Shown in pieces: positions 9,906 through 18,565 of a DNA stretch of 48,487 nucleotides. The stretch spans positions 1-48,487 of the forward strand of contig DAIUJM010000002.1 in assembly GCA_036848695.1 (NCBI GenBank), given 5' to 3'. This stretch comes from Candidatus Saccharimonadota bacterium. Its GTDB lineage: Bacteria > Patescibacteriota > Saccharimonadia > Saccharimonadales > UBA7683. Below the pieces are notes generated by a model. The model had not been told where the DNA came from. It ran no database searches and saw only the letters and a list, made by a program, of their open reading frames with translations. Positions within the stretch are counted from its first letter, which is position 1. Every line of letters begins with the position of its first letter. Made by a program: the position numbers and the translations under genes.

Positions 9906-10689
9906 TTCTATATTTTCTAAAACACTGTACGAAAAAAGGTGGGGTATTGTCTGGTGGGGATTGGCTATGTTCTTAACAACGCTTTTGGTGATGCTGCTGT
10001 TCCCGGTTATGAGAGATTCATTTGGCGCACAGCTCAAAGATGTGCCAGAATCACTTAAATCTATTGTTGGCGAAGCGGCTGACTATCAAAAGATAGCTGG
10101 TTTCGTAGAACTTCAAGTACTGGCGCAGATGATGTTTCTAACAATTATTTACGGAATTATTCTTTGCGTCGCCACGCTTTCTGGCGAAGAAAATCAGGGC
10201 ACACTACAAACATTATTGGCTCAGCCGGTTAGTCGTAGCCGTATATATTGGCACAAGCTAGCTGCCTGCGTATCGGTACTCACTCTTATAAGTATATTGA
10301 TGGCCGCGGGTATTTTGCTTGGCGCGGCAGTACTTGGTGAATCAATCAGTACGGTTGCCGTTTTGCAGGCTAGTTTTATGCAATTACTTCTAGCGCTCTT
10401 CTTAAGCATACTGGCTTATGCAATAGGTGCGGCAACGGGGAGCCGTGCCTTGGCTGGATCAATTGCTGGCATATACGCCTTTGCTGGATATATGGTGACA
10501 AGTCTTGCGCCAATTGCGGATGTGCTTGAAAAGCTCAACTACATCTCTCCGTATAGATACTTCATGACGACCCGTGTTTTAGAAAACGGTATTGCCGCAA
10601 AAAATATGATCCCGCTTCTTCTAGGCTCAGTTCTACTGGCCATAATCGGTTGGTATTTCTTTACACGCCGAAATATTTACCAGCAGTAA
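9898..10689 (+). CDS. ABC-2 family transporter permease
   Basis: 263 aa with about 6 TM segments. 8 nt overlap with the preceding ATPase gene. Confidence 0.65.
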   Translation: MLNSIFSKTLYEKRWGIVWWGLAMFLTTLLVMLLFPVMRDSFGAQLKDVPESLKSIVGEAADYQKIAGFVELQVLAQMMFLTIIYGIILCVATLSGEENQGTLQTLLAQPVSRSRIYWHKLAACVSVLTLISILMAAGILLGAAVLGESISTVAVLQASFMQLLLALFLSILAYAIGAATGSRALAGSIAGIYAFAGYMVTSLAPIADVLEKLNYISPYRYFMTTRVLENGIAAKNMIPLLLGSVLLAIIGWYFFTRRNIYQQ

Positions 10690-10696
10690 ATGGGTA

Positions 10697-10766
10697 GTCA
10701 TCCCAGCTAAGGCTGGGATCAACGAACTCCACTGACTTGTCATCCCCGACTCGATCGGGGATCCAG
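10697..10766. repeat. two tandem hairpin repeats of the GTCATCC..GGATC family
   Basis: gtcatcccagc-taa-gctgggatc (10697-10720) and gtcatccccga-ctcga-tcggggatccag (10739-10766). Confidence 0.8.
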
Positions 10767-11001
10767 TAATCATTCAATGCGCGTAGCGCATACAACCTCT
10801 TATTACTTTTTGTCAGCAAAAAGATAACAAAAACTGCCAACCAGACCAAAAGAACACGAAAGAACCATCAACCCAAAAAGCAGCGCCAGTTCAACGCGAG
10901 CGATCTTGGATAATATTCCTAGTTACGGATCCAAGATGAAGGAACTGGCTTGACTCAGCTTTTTGAGCCGCTGGTTCATCGGTTTTTTGGATGGTTGGGA
11001 G

Positions 11002-11058
11002 GAAGTTACCAAGCTTCGCTTGAACAATGACTGGATCCCAAATCAAGTTTGGGATGAC
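11002..11058. repeat. GAAGTTACCAAGCTTCGCTTGAA module plus inverted-orientation hairpin (ctggatcccaaa..tttgggatgac)
   Basis: The module recurs at 28438-28460 and 31211-31233. The hairpin at 11031-11058 is the mirror of the 10697 type. Confidence 0.75.
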
Positions 11059-11130
11059 GACGCGGAGTTGACTACTAATAACTATTCATAAACTACCAAC
11101 CTTAGAAAGATTCAGATATACTAAACGCAT

Positions 11131-12927
11131 ATGATTAAAAAAATACTCTCACTTCTTGTTCTTATTGGTTTATTTATTGGCGGAACACAGGTAGCCCAGG
11201 CTCAAAATGTTCAAGATTTTAAGTTTGAATCACTTGAAGCCGATTATTACCTAAGTTTAGACAGTGAAAATGTGGCGCAACTTAAGGTCGTTGAAAAATT
11301 TGTTGCCGTTTTCCCAGAATATGATCAAAACCGTGGAATTGAACGAGCAATTCCGACTAAATACAAAAAGAATAATCTAGACCTTAAAATTGAAAGCGTA
11401 CAAAACGAATATGCTATTGATCGAAATTACACAACATACGAATCTAACGACAACCTGGTTCTGCGCATAGGAGATGCTGATAGCTATGTACGTGGTCGGC
11501 AAGTTTACACCATCACCTATACTATGCGTGATGTCATAACCTTTTATGATCAGCAAGATGAATGGTACTGGGATGTAAACGGTGATCAATGGCGGCAGCC
11601 TTTTGGTTCAGTAACGGCACGTATTCACCTTGCTCCAGATCTGGCTGAGGCGATTTCTAAACAGCCAATTTGTTTCACGGGTTCTTATGGTCAAAACGCA
11701 ACAGACTGTTCGGTATCTTCAGCAAAGGAAGGCGATCAAACAGTAATCACAATAGCCTCAACAAAAGCTTTTAACCCTGGTGAAAATCTGAGCCTAGTTA
11801 TGGGTTTTAACAAAGGAGTCTTTGAAAAATATCAAATGGATCCGCTGACTATGATTCTGTGGGTGGTAGGCGGCTTAACAGTACTATTTCTCCCGGGTCT
11901 TATAGCGCTTTTAGTTATGTACCGTAAGTGGTCGAAAACCGGTAAAGATCCAAAAGGTCGCGGAGTGATTGTTCCGCAGTACGATGTGCCAAAAGGTATG
12001 AATCCTATGGTCGCGGAAGTTGTTCTAAACGAAAAAATGAGCACTCAGAGTATTTCAGCCTCAATTTTAGATTTATGTGTTGCAGGCTACCTTAAACTAT
12101 ACGAAACAAAAAAAGATAAGCTCATAGGTTCAAAAACAGAATATGAAATTGAGGTTGTTAAAGACACTACCGGTCTTTATCCTGAGCTCGCTAAAGTTGT
12201 CGACATGCTTATTAGTGGTTCGGTTACGGTGGGGGCCCGGGTTAACCTGAGCGAAATGAAGAATAAAATGTATAGCGATGTAAGCGCCATTACCAAGTCT
12301 GTCAACGAGTCTGTAGTAACTAAAGGCTATTTTGCGCATAATCCTGAAAAAGCACGTAGCGGATCTGTTGGTGTTGGAACTGCGCTGCTTATAGTGGGTA
12401 TGATTGCTTCATTCATATTTATGCCGTATACACTTGTCTTCTTCGGCTTCATTTTGGCGGGAATAATAGTTATGATCTTCGCTGCTGTAATGCCAAAGCG
12501 TACTATAGAAGGCGTTCAGACTAAAGAATATCTACTCGGTCTTAAAGACTATATGAAGCTGGCCGAAGCTGATAGAATCAAGTACTTACAATCTCCTCAA
12601 ACAGCCGAAAAAACTCCAGTTGACACCTCAGACAAACAACAGCTCATTACTTTATACGAAAAACTTTTACCGTACGCCATGCTATTTGGTATAGAAAAAG
12701 AATGGGCCAAACAATTTGCAGATCTGTACGGTGAAGGTCAGTCGCCAAGTTGGTATAGCGGCAACAGTGCCTTCAACGGTGCAGTACTAGGTAGTGCACT
12801 CAGCGGTTTTAATACCGCCGCAACATCTAGTTTTACAGCCCCTAGTAGCTCCAGCTCATCAGGTTTTTCTGGTGGCGGTGGTTTCTCCGGTGGAGGCGGT
12901 GGCGGTGGAGGCGGTGGAGGCTGGTAA
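11131..12927 (+). CDS. DUF2207-type membrane protein with poly-Gly C-terminal tail
   Basis: Signal/TM segment, large extracytoplasmic N-domain, TM cluster, C-terminal SSSSSGFSGGGGFSGGGGGGGGGGGW tail characteristic of DUF2207 proteins. Confidence 0.65.
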   Translation: MIKKILSLLVLIGLFIGGTQVAQAQNVQDFKFESLEADYYLSLDSENVAQLKVVEKFVAVFPEYDQNRGIERAIPTKYKKNNLDLKIESVQNEYAIDRNYTTYESNDNLVLRIGDADSYVRGRQVYTITYTMRDVITFYDQQDEWYWDVNGDQWRQPFGSVTARIHLAPDLAEAISKQPICFTGSYGQNATDCSVSSAKEGDQTVITIASTKAFNPGENLSLVMGFNKGVFEKYQMDPLTMILWVVGGLTVLFLPGLIALLVMYRKWSKTGKDPKGRGVIVPQYDVPKGMNPMVAEVVLNEKMSTQSISASILDLCVAGYLKLYETKKDKLIGSKTEYEIEVVKDTTGLYPELAKVVDMLISGSVTVGARVNLSEMKNKMYSDVSAITKSVNESVVTKGYFAHNPEKARSGSVGVGTALLIVGMIASFIFMPYTLVFFGFILAGIIVMIFAAVMPKRTIEGVQTKEYLLGLKDYMKLAEADRIKYLQSPQTAEKTPVDTSDKQQLITLYEKLLPYAMLFGIEKEWAKQFADLYGEGQSPSWYSGNSAFNGAVLGSALSGFNTAATSSFTAPSSSSSSGFSGGGGFSGGGGGGGGGGGW

Positions 12928-12928
12928 C

Positions 12929-13171
12929 ATGAAACCGTTAAAAATCATCATGGTTGCTCTAGCGGTAGTTGCTTTATTTCTGAGCTTATTTGTAGCGGGG
13001 TATTACTTTGGAAAGAATTCTAATAATCCGAACACACCAATTGACGGCGGTGTTGCCTGCACAGAAGAAGCAAAAATTTGCCCAGACGGTTTAGCTGTTG
13101 GCCGTTCTGGCCCAAAATGTGAATTCCCCGACTGTCCCGATACTCCGCCGGCCCTAATTCCAGAGCAATAG
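12929..13171 (+). CDS. small membrane-anchored Cys-containing protein (80 aa)
   Basis: ATG 12929 lies 1 nt after the DUF2207 stop. N-terminal TM helix, then CTEEAKICPDG...PKCEFPDCPD. The longer track ORF (from 12794) only re-reads the Gly-repeat in another frame. Confidence 0.5.
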   Translation: MKPLKIIMVALAVVALFLSLFVAGYYFGKNSNNPNTPIDGGVACTEEAKICPDGLAVGRSGPKCEFPDCPDTPPALIPEQ

Positions 13172-13365
13172 TAGGCTGTGATATACTGCTTGTGTACCAA
13201 AAATGGTACGTACCTAAACAAAATAATATCAAGAGTGTGGCGAGAGAACTGACTCGTAGACCCACCAGCAACCTATACATGGAAGTTAGAAGTTAGAATA
13301 TAGAAATTAGAAATATTTTTCTAAGATCTAAGAACTAAGATCTTTCATCTTTTTATAAGGTGCTA

Positions 13366-13452
13366 CCTTCAGCCCGTACGGGGAAGATATAGCTAGTTTA
13401 CAAAACTCCTTATTCTGAACCATGGCGGGGCAGATAGAAAGGAGTTATTTTT
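13366..13452 (+). promoter_or_regulatory. structured 5' leader of metK with SD-sequestering helix (candidate riboswitch)
   Basis: AACTCCTT (13404-13411) is perfectly complementary to AAGGAGTT (13439-13446), which contains the metK Shine-Dalgarno. An inner TCTG/CAGA helix lies at 13414-13417 and 13431-13434. Confidence 0.35.
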
Positions 13453-14451
13453 ATGTCTGTAAAAAAATCAATTTATAAAACTGCTGAATCGGTTAGCCCA
13501 AAGCACCCCGATAAAATCTGTGATCAAATCTCTGATGCCATTTTAGATGCATATCTGGGCATAGACCCAAATGCCCGCGTTGCGGTAGAAGCAGTTGGAG
13601 GTCACGGCAAAGTCTTCATTGTTGGTGAAGTCTCGTCTTCCGCCCACCCAGAAATTGAACCAATTGCCAAGCGGCTAGCGCCAAATTGTGAAATTGAAGT
13701 TCGATTAGTAAAACAAAGTCCAGAAATTGCTCACGGTGTTGATACTGGCGGCGCTGGAGATCAAGGCATTATGGTCGGCTACGCTTGTAATGAAACACCG
13801 GAGCTACTACCTCTCGAAGTTGTGCTCGGTAGAAAGCTCAATCAAAACCTATATGCACGCTGGCCATATGATGGAAAAACACAGGTAACCCTAAAAGACG
13901 GTAAAATTACCTCTATAGTTGCAAGTTTTCAAAATGCCCCTTCGGCCGAACTTAAGCAAGCCGTCCAAACTTGGTTGAATCAGCAGAACAACGAACTCCA
14001 AACTGAAAACTACCAACTATTAGCTAACCCTGCCGGCGATTGGCATCAAGGCGGATTCGACGCCGACACAGGTTTAACAGGACGTAAACTTGTTGTCGAC
14101 AATTACGGTCCTAGTATTCCAATTGGCGGTGGTTGTTTTTCTGGGAAAGATCCTAGTAAAGTTGACCGTTCGGCCGCCTATATTGCCCGCAAAATCGCTA
14201 TAGATTACCTAAAAACTCGCAGCGCTAAAGAAGTCTTTGTGCACCTTGCCTACGCCATAGGGCGTGCTGAGCCGCTAGAGGCAACCGTTACCATAGACGG
14301 CAAGCAAGAGGTTGTAGAAGGCTACGATCTTACGCCAAAAGGGATTATTGAACAGCTGGATCTGAAAAAACCAATTTATGAACAGACTGCCCGTTACGGC
14401 CATTTTGGCCACCCGGGATTCGCTTGGGAACAGCTCAGTTCTAGTTCTTAG
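13453..14451 (+). CDS. metK: S-adenosylmethionine synthetase (compact form, 332 aa)
   Basis: ESVSPKHPDKICDQISDAILDA, GAGDQGIMVGYA, GLTGRKLVVDNYG, GGGCFSGKDPSKVDRSAAY and ARYGHFG motifs match MetK. Confidence 0.9.
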   Translation: MSVKKSIYKTAESVSPKHPDKICDQISDAILDAYLGIDPNARVAVEAVGGHGKVFIVGEVSSSAHPEIEPIAKRLAPNCEIEVRLVKQSPEIAHGVDTGGAGDQGIMVGYACNETPELLPLEVVLGRKLNQNLYARWPYDGKTQVTLKDGKITSIVASFQNAPSAELKQAVQTWLNQQNNELQTENYQLLANPAGDWHQGGFDADTGLTGRKLVVDNYGPSIPIGGGCFSGKDPSKVDRSAAYIARKIAIDYLKTRSAKEVFVHLAYAIGRAEPLEATVTIDGKQEVVEGYDLTPKGIIEQLDLKKPIYEQTARYGHFGHPGFAWEQLSSSS

Positions 14452-14557
14452 AGTTTGGGTCATAGGTTTGGGGTGCTAGCGGGAAATTTTACTGCTTTTA
14501 ATGAATAGAAAAAACGAGTATAGTATTAGCATAAGCACGTAAATAAAAAGGGGATTT

Positions 14558-14734
14558 ATGCCAGAGAAGTCACCAAGTAATCCGTTTATTAAAGCAGTCG
14601 AATGGGAAGCAATGGCTGCGTTTATGAAGATACGAGCTGCGCGCTTGGTTGCCCGGGCTACTGAGCCAGATGAAGAGTATATACCGGAAGAAGATCGTTA
14701 CGACGTTGACCCAACCACACAACTATTTGTTTAA
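14558..14734 (+). CDS. small hypothetical protein (58 aa), below the ORF-track cutoff
   Basis: ATG preceded by aaaaagggga. Reads MPEKSPSNPFIKAVEWEAMAAFMKIRAARLVARATEPDEEYIPEEDRYDVDPTTQLFV. Confidence 0.3.
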   Translation: MPEKSPSNPFIKAVEWEAMAAFMKIRAARLVARATEPDEEYIPEEDRYDVDPTTQLFV

Positions 14735-15208
14735 ATCAATAACACCAGCTTCGCTGACTGCCAGTTCACCGCGGAACAATTTACTCTGTAAATCTGCGAA
14801 TATCCGAAGCTTAGTGGCTATGCCTGATTGATCAAGCGCGTAGGCGCTAGGCAGGCCTTGTTCGGCGGCACATGCATAAAACACGCAAACCTCATCTATT
14901 AAGTACCTCATAAGCTCAGAATTATTTTGCATTGTTTCGGATGATATATGACCAACCTTCTGAAGCGGCAGGGCTGTTTTGCCAGCTTGTAGGTCGTGAT
15001 GTTCTTCTACGCTCAAACGAAGTGAAAATACATCACCGCGTTGTTCTATATGTACGCCTTTGAAGAAACCTTCGCCAATATACACCGCAACCGGTTCAAT
15101 GTTCATGCCAGCTACTTCATAAACAGCGCCAATACCAGCCACATCAACCTCTGCTAGTGGAATTACCTGCCAACTTTGAACCGGATCAGTTTCTGCTACC
15201 GTTTTCAT
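14723..15208 (-). CDS. hypothetical protein (161 aa)
   Basis: Long ORF, divergent from 15293-15997. No motif recognised. Confidence 0.5.
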   Translation of the reverse strand: MKTVAETDPVQSWQVIPLAEVDVAGIGAVYEVAGMNIEPVAVYIGEGFFKGVHIEQRGDVFSLRLSVEEHHDLQAGKTALPLQKVGHISSETMQNNSELMRYLIDEVCVFYACAAEQGLPSAYALDQSGIATKLRIFADLQSKLFRGELAVSEAGVIDLNK

Positions 15209-15292
15209 ACCATCATATTACACCCAAAATACCAACTACGTCAGTGAAACAACTTTCACCTCTTGCAAAATTCGTATAAGTAGGGGATAGTA

Positions 15293-15997
15293 ATGCCATA
15301 TAAGAGGTTAGATATGGCAGAAATTGGAAGTGGCAGTGAGTCGCACGACGACCTTGATCAATATATTGATTTAACTGGGCCGAAAGCTGTGTCGCCAGAG
15401 GCGTATTTACTGAGCGAAGCGGCTGTGTTGCGCGCGCGAATTCTTGGAAAACTGATGACGGAGGGTGCTTATGATGACGGTGGCTGGGCAATTTATACTA
15501 CGTCAGCTAGCGAACAAGACTGTGGCGACACACTAGTAAATAATAATCAGCGAGAAGTTTTGATTATAGGTGAAGTTGATGATCCTGATCTCAGGGTATC
15601 TGATGGTTCGGTTAGGATCATAGCCTATGAACTGTACGGTGATGATGGGGGTGGTGTTTTGCTGGATTATTTTTTTATGACAAGTCATAACGCCAATACC
15701 TTTTTCCGTACCACAACCACAACATTTAGCGGCAATATTATTGATGTTAAGAATGGTTATATGCCTGTGTTTTTAATAAAAGACGGAAGACTTATATTAA
15801 CTGTTGAAGATATTGTTCCGCCTGTAGATATGCTTTCGGTAACTATGCCCGACCAGAAGTTCCATATGATTGCACCATTCGGTAACGGTGGTTTGGTAAC
15901 AGATAGAATATACAATTTACAACGAGGTATCGATCTTTTTGAAGAAATAGTCGATCATGAGCCTACGGTAACTATGACTTCCGTAGAAAACGATTAA
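15293..15997 (+). CDS. hypothetical protein (234 aa)
   Basis: ATG preceded by AGGGGA 7 nt upstream. No motif recognised. Confidence 0.5.
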   Translation: MPYKRLDMAEIGSGSESHDDLDQYIDLTGPKAVSPEAYLLSEAAVLRARILGKLMTEGAYDDGGWAIYTTSASEQDCGDTLVNNNQREVLIIGEVDDPDLRVSDGSVRIIAYELYGDDGGGVLLDYFFMTSHNANTFFRTTTTTFSGNIIDVKNGYMPVFLIKDGRLILTVEDIVPPVDMLSVTMPDQKFHMIAPFGNGGLVTDRIYNLQRGIDLFEEIVDHEPTVTMTSVEND

Positions 15998-16013
15998 GAC
16001 TACATGACAAAGA

Positions 16014-16163
16014 TTATTTCTTTTTGCGAAGCTTTTCTGCTTTTATAAGTGTTTTCTGCTGATCTTGAACAGATTTTTTGTAAACACGTTGAAGAGTCTC
16101 GGCGCTCATTAGGCCGCTATTGTCTACTTGCTTTCTTTGCTTTGGAGTGAGTACTAATTCCAT
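16014..16163 (-). CDS. small Lys-rich protein (49 aa) immediately downstream of the zeta-like kinase gene
   Basis: Hand translation: MELVLTPKQRKQVDNSGLMSAETLQRVYKKSVQDQQKTLIKAEKLRKKK. It starts 12 nt after the upstream stop, on the same strand. Confidence 0.35.
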   Translation of the reverse strand: MELVLTPKQRKQVDNSGLMSAETLQRVYKKSVQDQQKTLIKAEKLRKKK

Positions 16164-16175
16164 AATGAATAATCC

Positions 16176-16871
16176 TTAGATATTACCTACATTATATTGC
16201 TTCTGAAGGAATTTTTCAATGATCTCAGACTGATCATCAGTAGGGTCATGAATGATTGAAATGGCATTACTCATGTCAGTTTGACCTCTTTTATTAAGCA
16301 CCCAAAATGAAAATTTACCATGGTCTTTAAAGCGCTTAAATAACAGTAATAAGTTGCCGTTGATCTTACTGCAGGTTTGCATGAATCCGCTACGCTCAAT
16401 AGCACGTTTCTTCACAAGCTCACGCGCCTGAGTTAGTTCCCATGCTTTTTGTGCATCTTGAACTATGTATATAACAGTCACGCGGTAACCCTTTTTTAAG
16501 CATAATTCTATGTTCTTGTATCCATTATCTTGCGAAAGAGTGCCATCAAATAGTATCGGGTAATTATTTTTCAGACAGTCTCTAAATATTCTTGTCACCA
16601 ATACATTTCCTGCACTACGAAAGGTGTAATAGTTTTCCGGTACATAGCCCTTTATGTATTCAACTAGCTTGTCGTGTTCAACCGGGACAAGACTAGGCAT
16701 GGCAAGCTTTATTGTATTTTCGGCAAACTCTGTTTTTCCCGCCCCTGGGATTCCAGCCATGAACACAGCCATTTTTTGTTGAGATACTTTATAGTTTTTG
16801 AAAAATTTATCAACAACTTCTTGCTGATTTTTCTTATTTTTTACCCACTTTTTAGCATCATCTTCGCTCAT
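16176..16871 (-). CDS. zeta-toxin-like P-loop kinase (AAA/zeta_toxin family)
   Basis: Walker A GIPGAGKTEFAE about 40 aa from the N-terminus, followed by VEHDKL and FDGTLS segments as in zeta/PezT-type kinases. Confidence 0.65.
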   Translation of the reverse strand: MSEDDAKKWVKNKKNQQEVVDKFFKNYKVSQQKMAVFMAGIPGAGKTEFAENTIKLAMPSLVPVEHDKLVEYIKGYVPENYYTFRSAGNVLVTRIFRDCLKNNYPILFDGTLSQDNGYKNIELCLKKGYRVTVIYIVQDAQKAWELTQARELVKKRAIERSGFMQTCSKINGNLLLLFKRFKDHGKFSFWVLNKRGQTDMSNAISIIHDPTDDQSEIIEKFLQKQYNVGNI

Positions 16872-16979
16872 GAAAATAATTATAGACTAAACCAACTCAG
16901 AAAAACTACCAATCAAACCAATTGATAGTATTACAATTAGTTCACTTAAGAACTTAGATCTAAGATCTAAGAACTTGCT

Positions 16980-17174
16980 CTAAAGGCCGAGGAGGCCGAG
17001 GACTGCATGCATAACATAAGCTGGCCAGACGAAGGATTTTAGTACTGCTACTATAAATTCGCCGAAGCCGTTAGAAGCTTGCACAAAATATACTAATGCG
17101 CCGATCCAGGCCACGAAAAACACATACCCCATCGGCCCACTCTTTTCAATCACCTTAGTTTTATTCATTCCCAT
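16980..17174 (-). CDS. small two-TM membrane protein (64 aa)
   Basis: AAGGAGG lies 5 nt upstream of ATG 17174. Two hydrophobic helices. Confidence 0.5.
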   Translation of the reverse strand: MGMNKTKVIEKSGPMGYVFFVAWIGALVYFVQASNGFGEFIVAVLKSFVWPAYVMHAVLGLLGL

Positions 17175-17255
17175 AACCACCTCCTTATTTACATTTTTAT
17201 AATACTCCTTTGATCAACAGTTTAAAATGAATCATCAAAATGCTATTGTTTATGT

Positions 17256-17900
17256 ATGAAGATGAAAGATCGAGCCAAGGCTGATCGGCCACGCGAAAAG
17301 CTGGCAATCAAAGGGGCTGCATCACTTTCTGACCTCGAATTACTCATGGCGTTGATTGGTAGTGGCAACAAACAGGCAGATGTTGGCAAGATTGCAAAAG
17401 ATACTCTCAAATTAATTCAAGCCCATGGGGCAGATATATCGTATGAGCAACTGCAGCAGGTGACTGGAATGGGATCAGCTAAAATTACTGAAATATTAGC
17501 AGCACTCGAGCTTTCTAAACGCTACCTTATAGATTCAGAACAACCAATTATAGATTCGCCAGAAAAAGCCGCAGAACAACTCGCCGACATTCGCGACAAA
17601 AAACAAGAATATTTTGTATGCCTTACTCTCGACGGCGCAAACCGACTAATCGCCAAACGCACAATCACCATCGGCACCCTCACTTCCAGCCTAGTTCACC
17701 CTCGTGAAGTCTTCGCCGACGCCATCGCTGACCGCGCCGCATCAATCATTATCGCTCATAATCATCCGAGTGGTAGCGTTAAGCCATCAACCGCAGATGT
17801 AGAAGTTACTAATCGCTTAACCAAAGCCGCACAGCTGGTGGGCATTAGCTTAGTAGATCATATTGTAGTTACAAAAACATCTTTTGCCTCTATACTATAG
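17256..17900 (+). CDS. radC: RadC-family JAB/MPN domain protein
   Basis: N-terminal HhH-like region and C-terminal JAMM motif (IIAHNHPSGSVKPSTAD). Confidence 0.85.
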   Translation: MKMKDRAKADRPREKLAIKGAASLSDLELLMALIGSGNKQADVGKIAKDTLKLIQAHGADISYEQLQQVTGMGSAKITEILAALELSKRYLIDSEQPIIDSPEKAAEQLADIRDKKQEYFVCLTLDGANRLIAKRTITIGTLTSSLVHPREVFADAIADRAASIIIAHNHPSGSVKPSTADVEVTNRLTKAAQLVGISLVDHIVVTKTSFASIL

Positions 17901-17902
17901 TT

Positions 17903-18565
17903 ATGTCGCACGCAAAAAATGAAAAAACCTATGCATTCATTGATAGCCAAAATTTAAACTTGGGTGTTAAAAATGATGTCATCAATGCCAAAGGCAAGGT
18001 GATTTATCGTGGTAAACAGCTTGACTATCGAAAATTTCGCCACTACCTTCGTGAAAAGTATAACGTCTCGCAAGCCTATATATTTATAGGTATGGTTCCT
18101 ACTAACAACAGCCTATATACATACTTGCAGCGATGCGGCTTTACGTTAGTTTTTAAAACCATTTCTACATATATGGATGAACGCGGTCAGACTATCACAA
18201 AGGGCAATGTCGATACTGATATTGTTTTATGGTCAGCAGGAAAGTTAGAGATGGAATATGACGCAGCAGTTTTTGTTTCCGGGGACGGAGATTTCTTAAG
18301 CCTTTACGAGTATATGGATGAACTTGGAAAATTGAAGAAAATTATTGTACCTAACCGAATGAGATATTCGAAGTTATTAAATTCTTTCAGAGATAGACTA
18401 GCATTCGTTGGAGATGTGCCTAAGTTGTTAAATGAAATTCAGACAAACAAAAAGACCAGGAGCAGCGGTCGGATCACATCCTTAGGCCAGCCTGGTCGTG
18501 GTGATACTAAGAATATAGCAAAAAAGACCAAAAAAGTCAATAGGAAGCGTAAGGGCAAACCATGA
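17903..18565 (+). CDS. NYN (LabA-like) domain putative ribonuclease with Lys/Arg-rich tail
   Basis: AFIDSQNL...[10 protein letters not shown]...VFVSGDGDF acidic motifs of the NYN/LabA fold. Starts 2 nt after the radC stop and overlaps hsdR by ATGA. Confidence 0.75.
   Translation: MSHAKNEKTYAFIDSQNLNLGVKNDVINAKGKVIYRGKQLDYRKFRHYLREKYNVSQAYIFIGMVPTNNSLYTYLQRCGFTLVFKTISTYMDERGQTITKGNVDTDIVLWSAGKLEMEYDAAVFVSGDGDFLSLYEYMDELGKLKKIIVPNRMRYSKLLNSFRDRLAFVGDVPKLLNEIQTNKKTRSSGRITSLGQPGRGDTKNIAKKTKKVNRKRKGKP

Noticed and set aside
10661-10849. ORFs built on repeat clusters (10661-10849, 28323-28511, 30887-31105, 30924-31112, 30933-31115, 32019-32321, 32259-32489).
   Set aside because: They consist largely of hairpin-repeat sequence, overlap each other on both strands and lack RBSs.
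12865-12927. GGT/GGC/GGA codon repeat encoding the poly-Gly tail as a contingency locus.
   Set aside because: Gly-rich tails are a normal feature of DUF2207 proteins, and the codons are mixed rather than a pure slippery repeat.
12794-12928. Long form of ORF 12794-13171.
   Set aside because: The upstream part merely reads the Gly-codon repeat of the DUF2207 tail in another frame. ATG 12929 gives a sensible signal-anchor protein.
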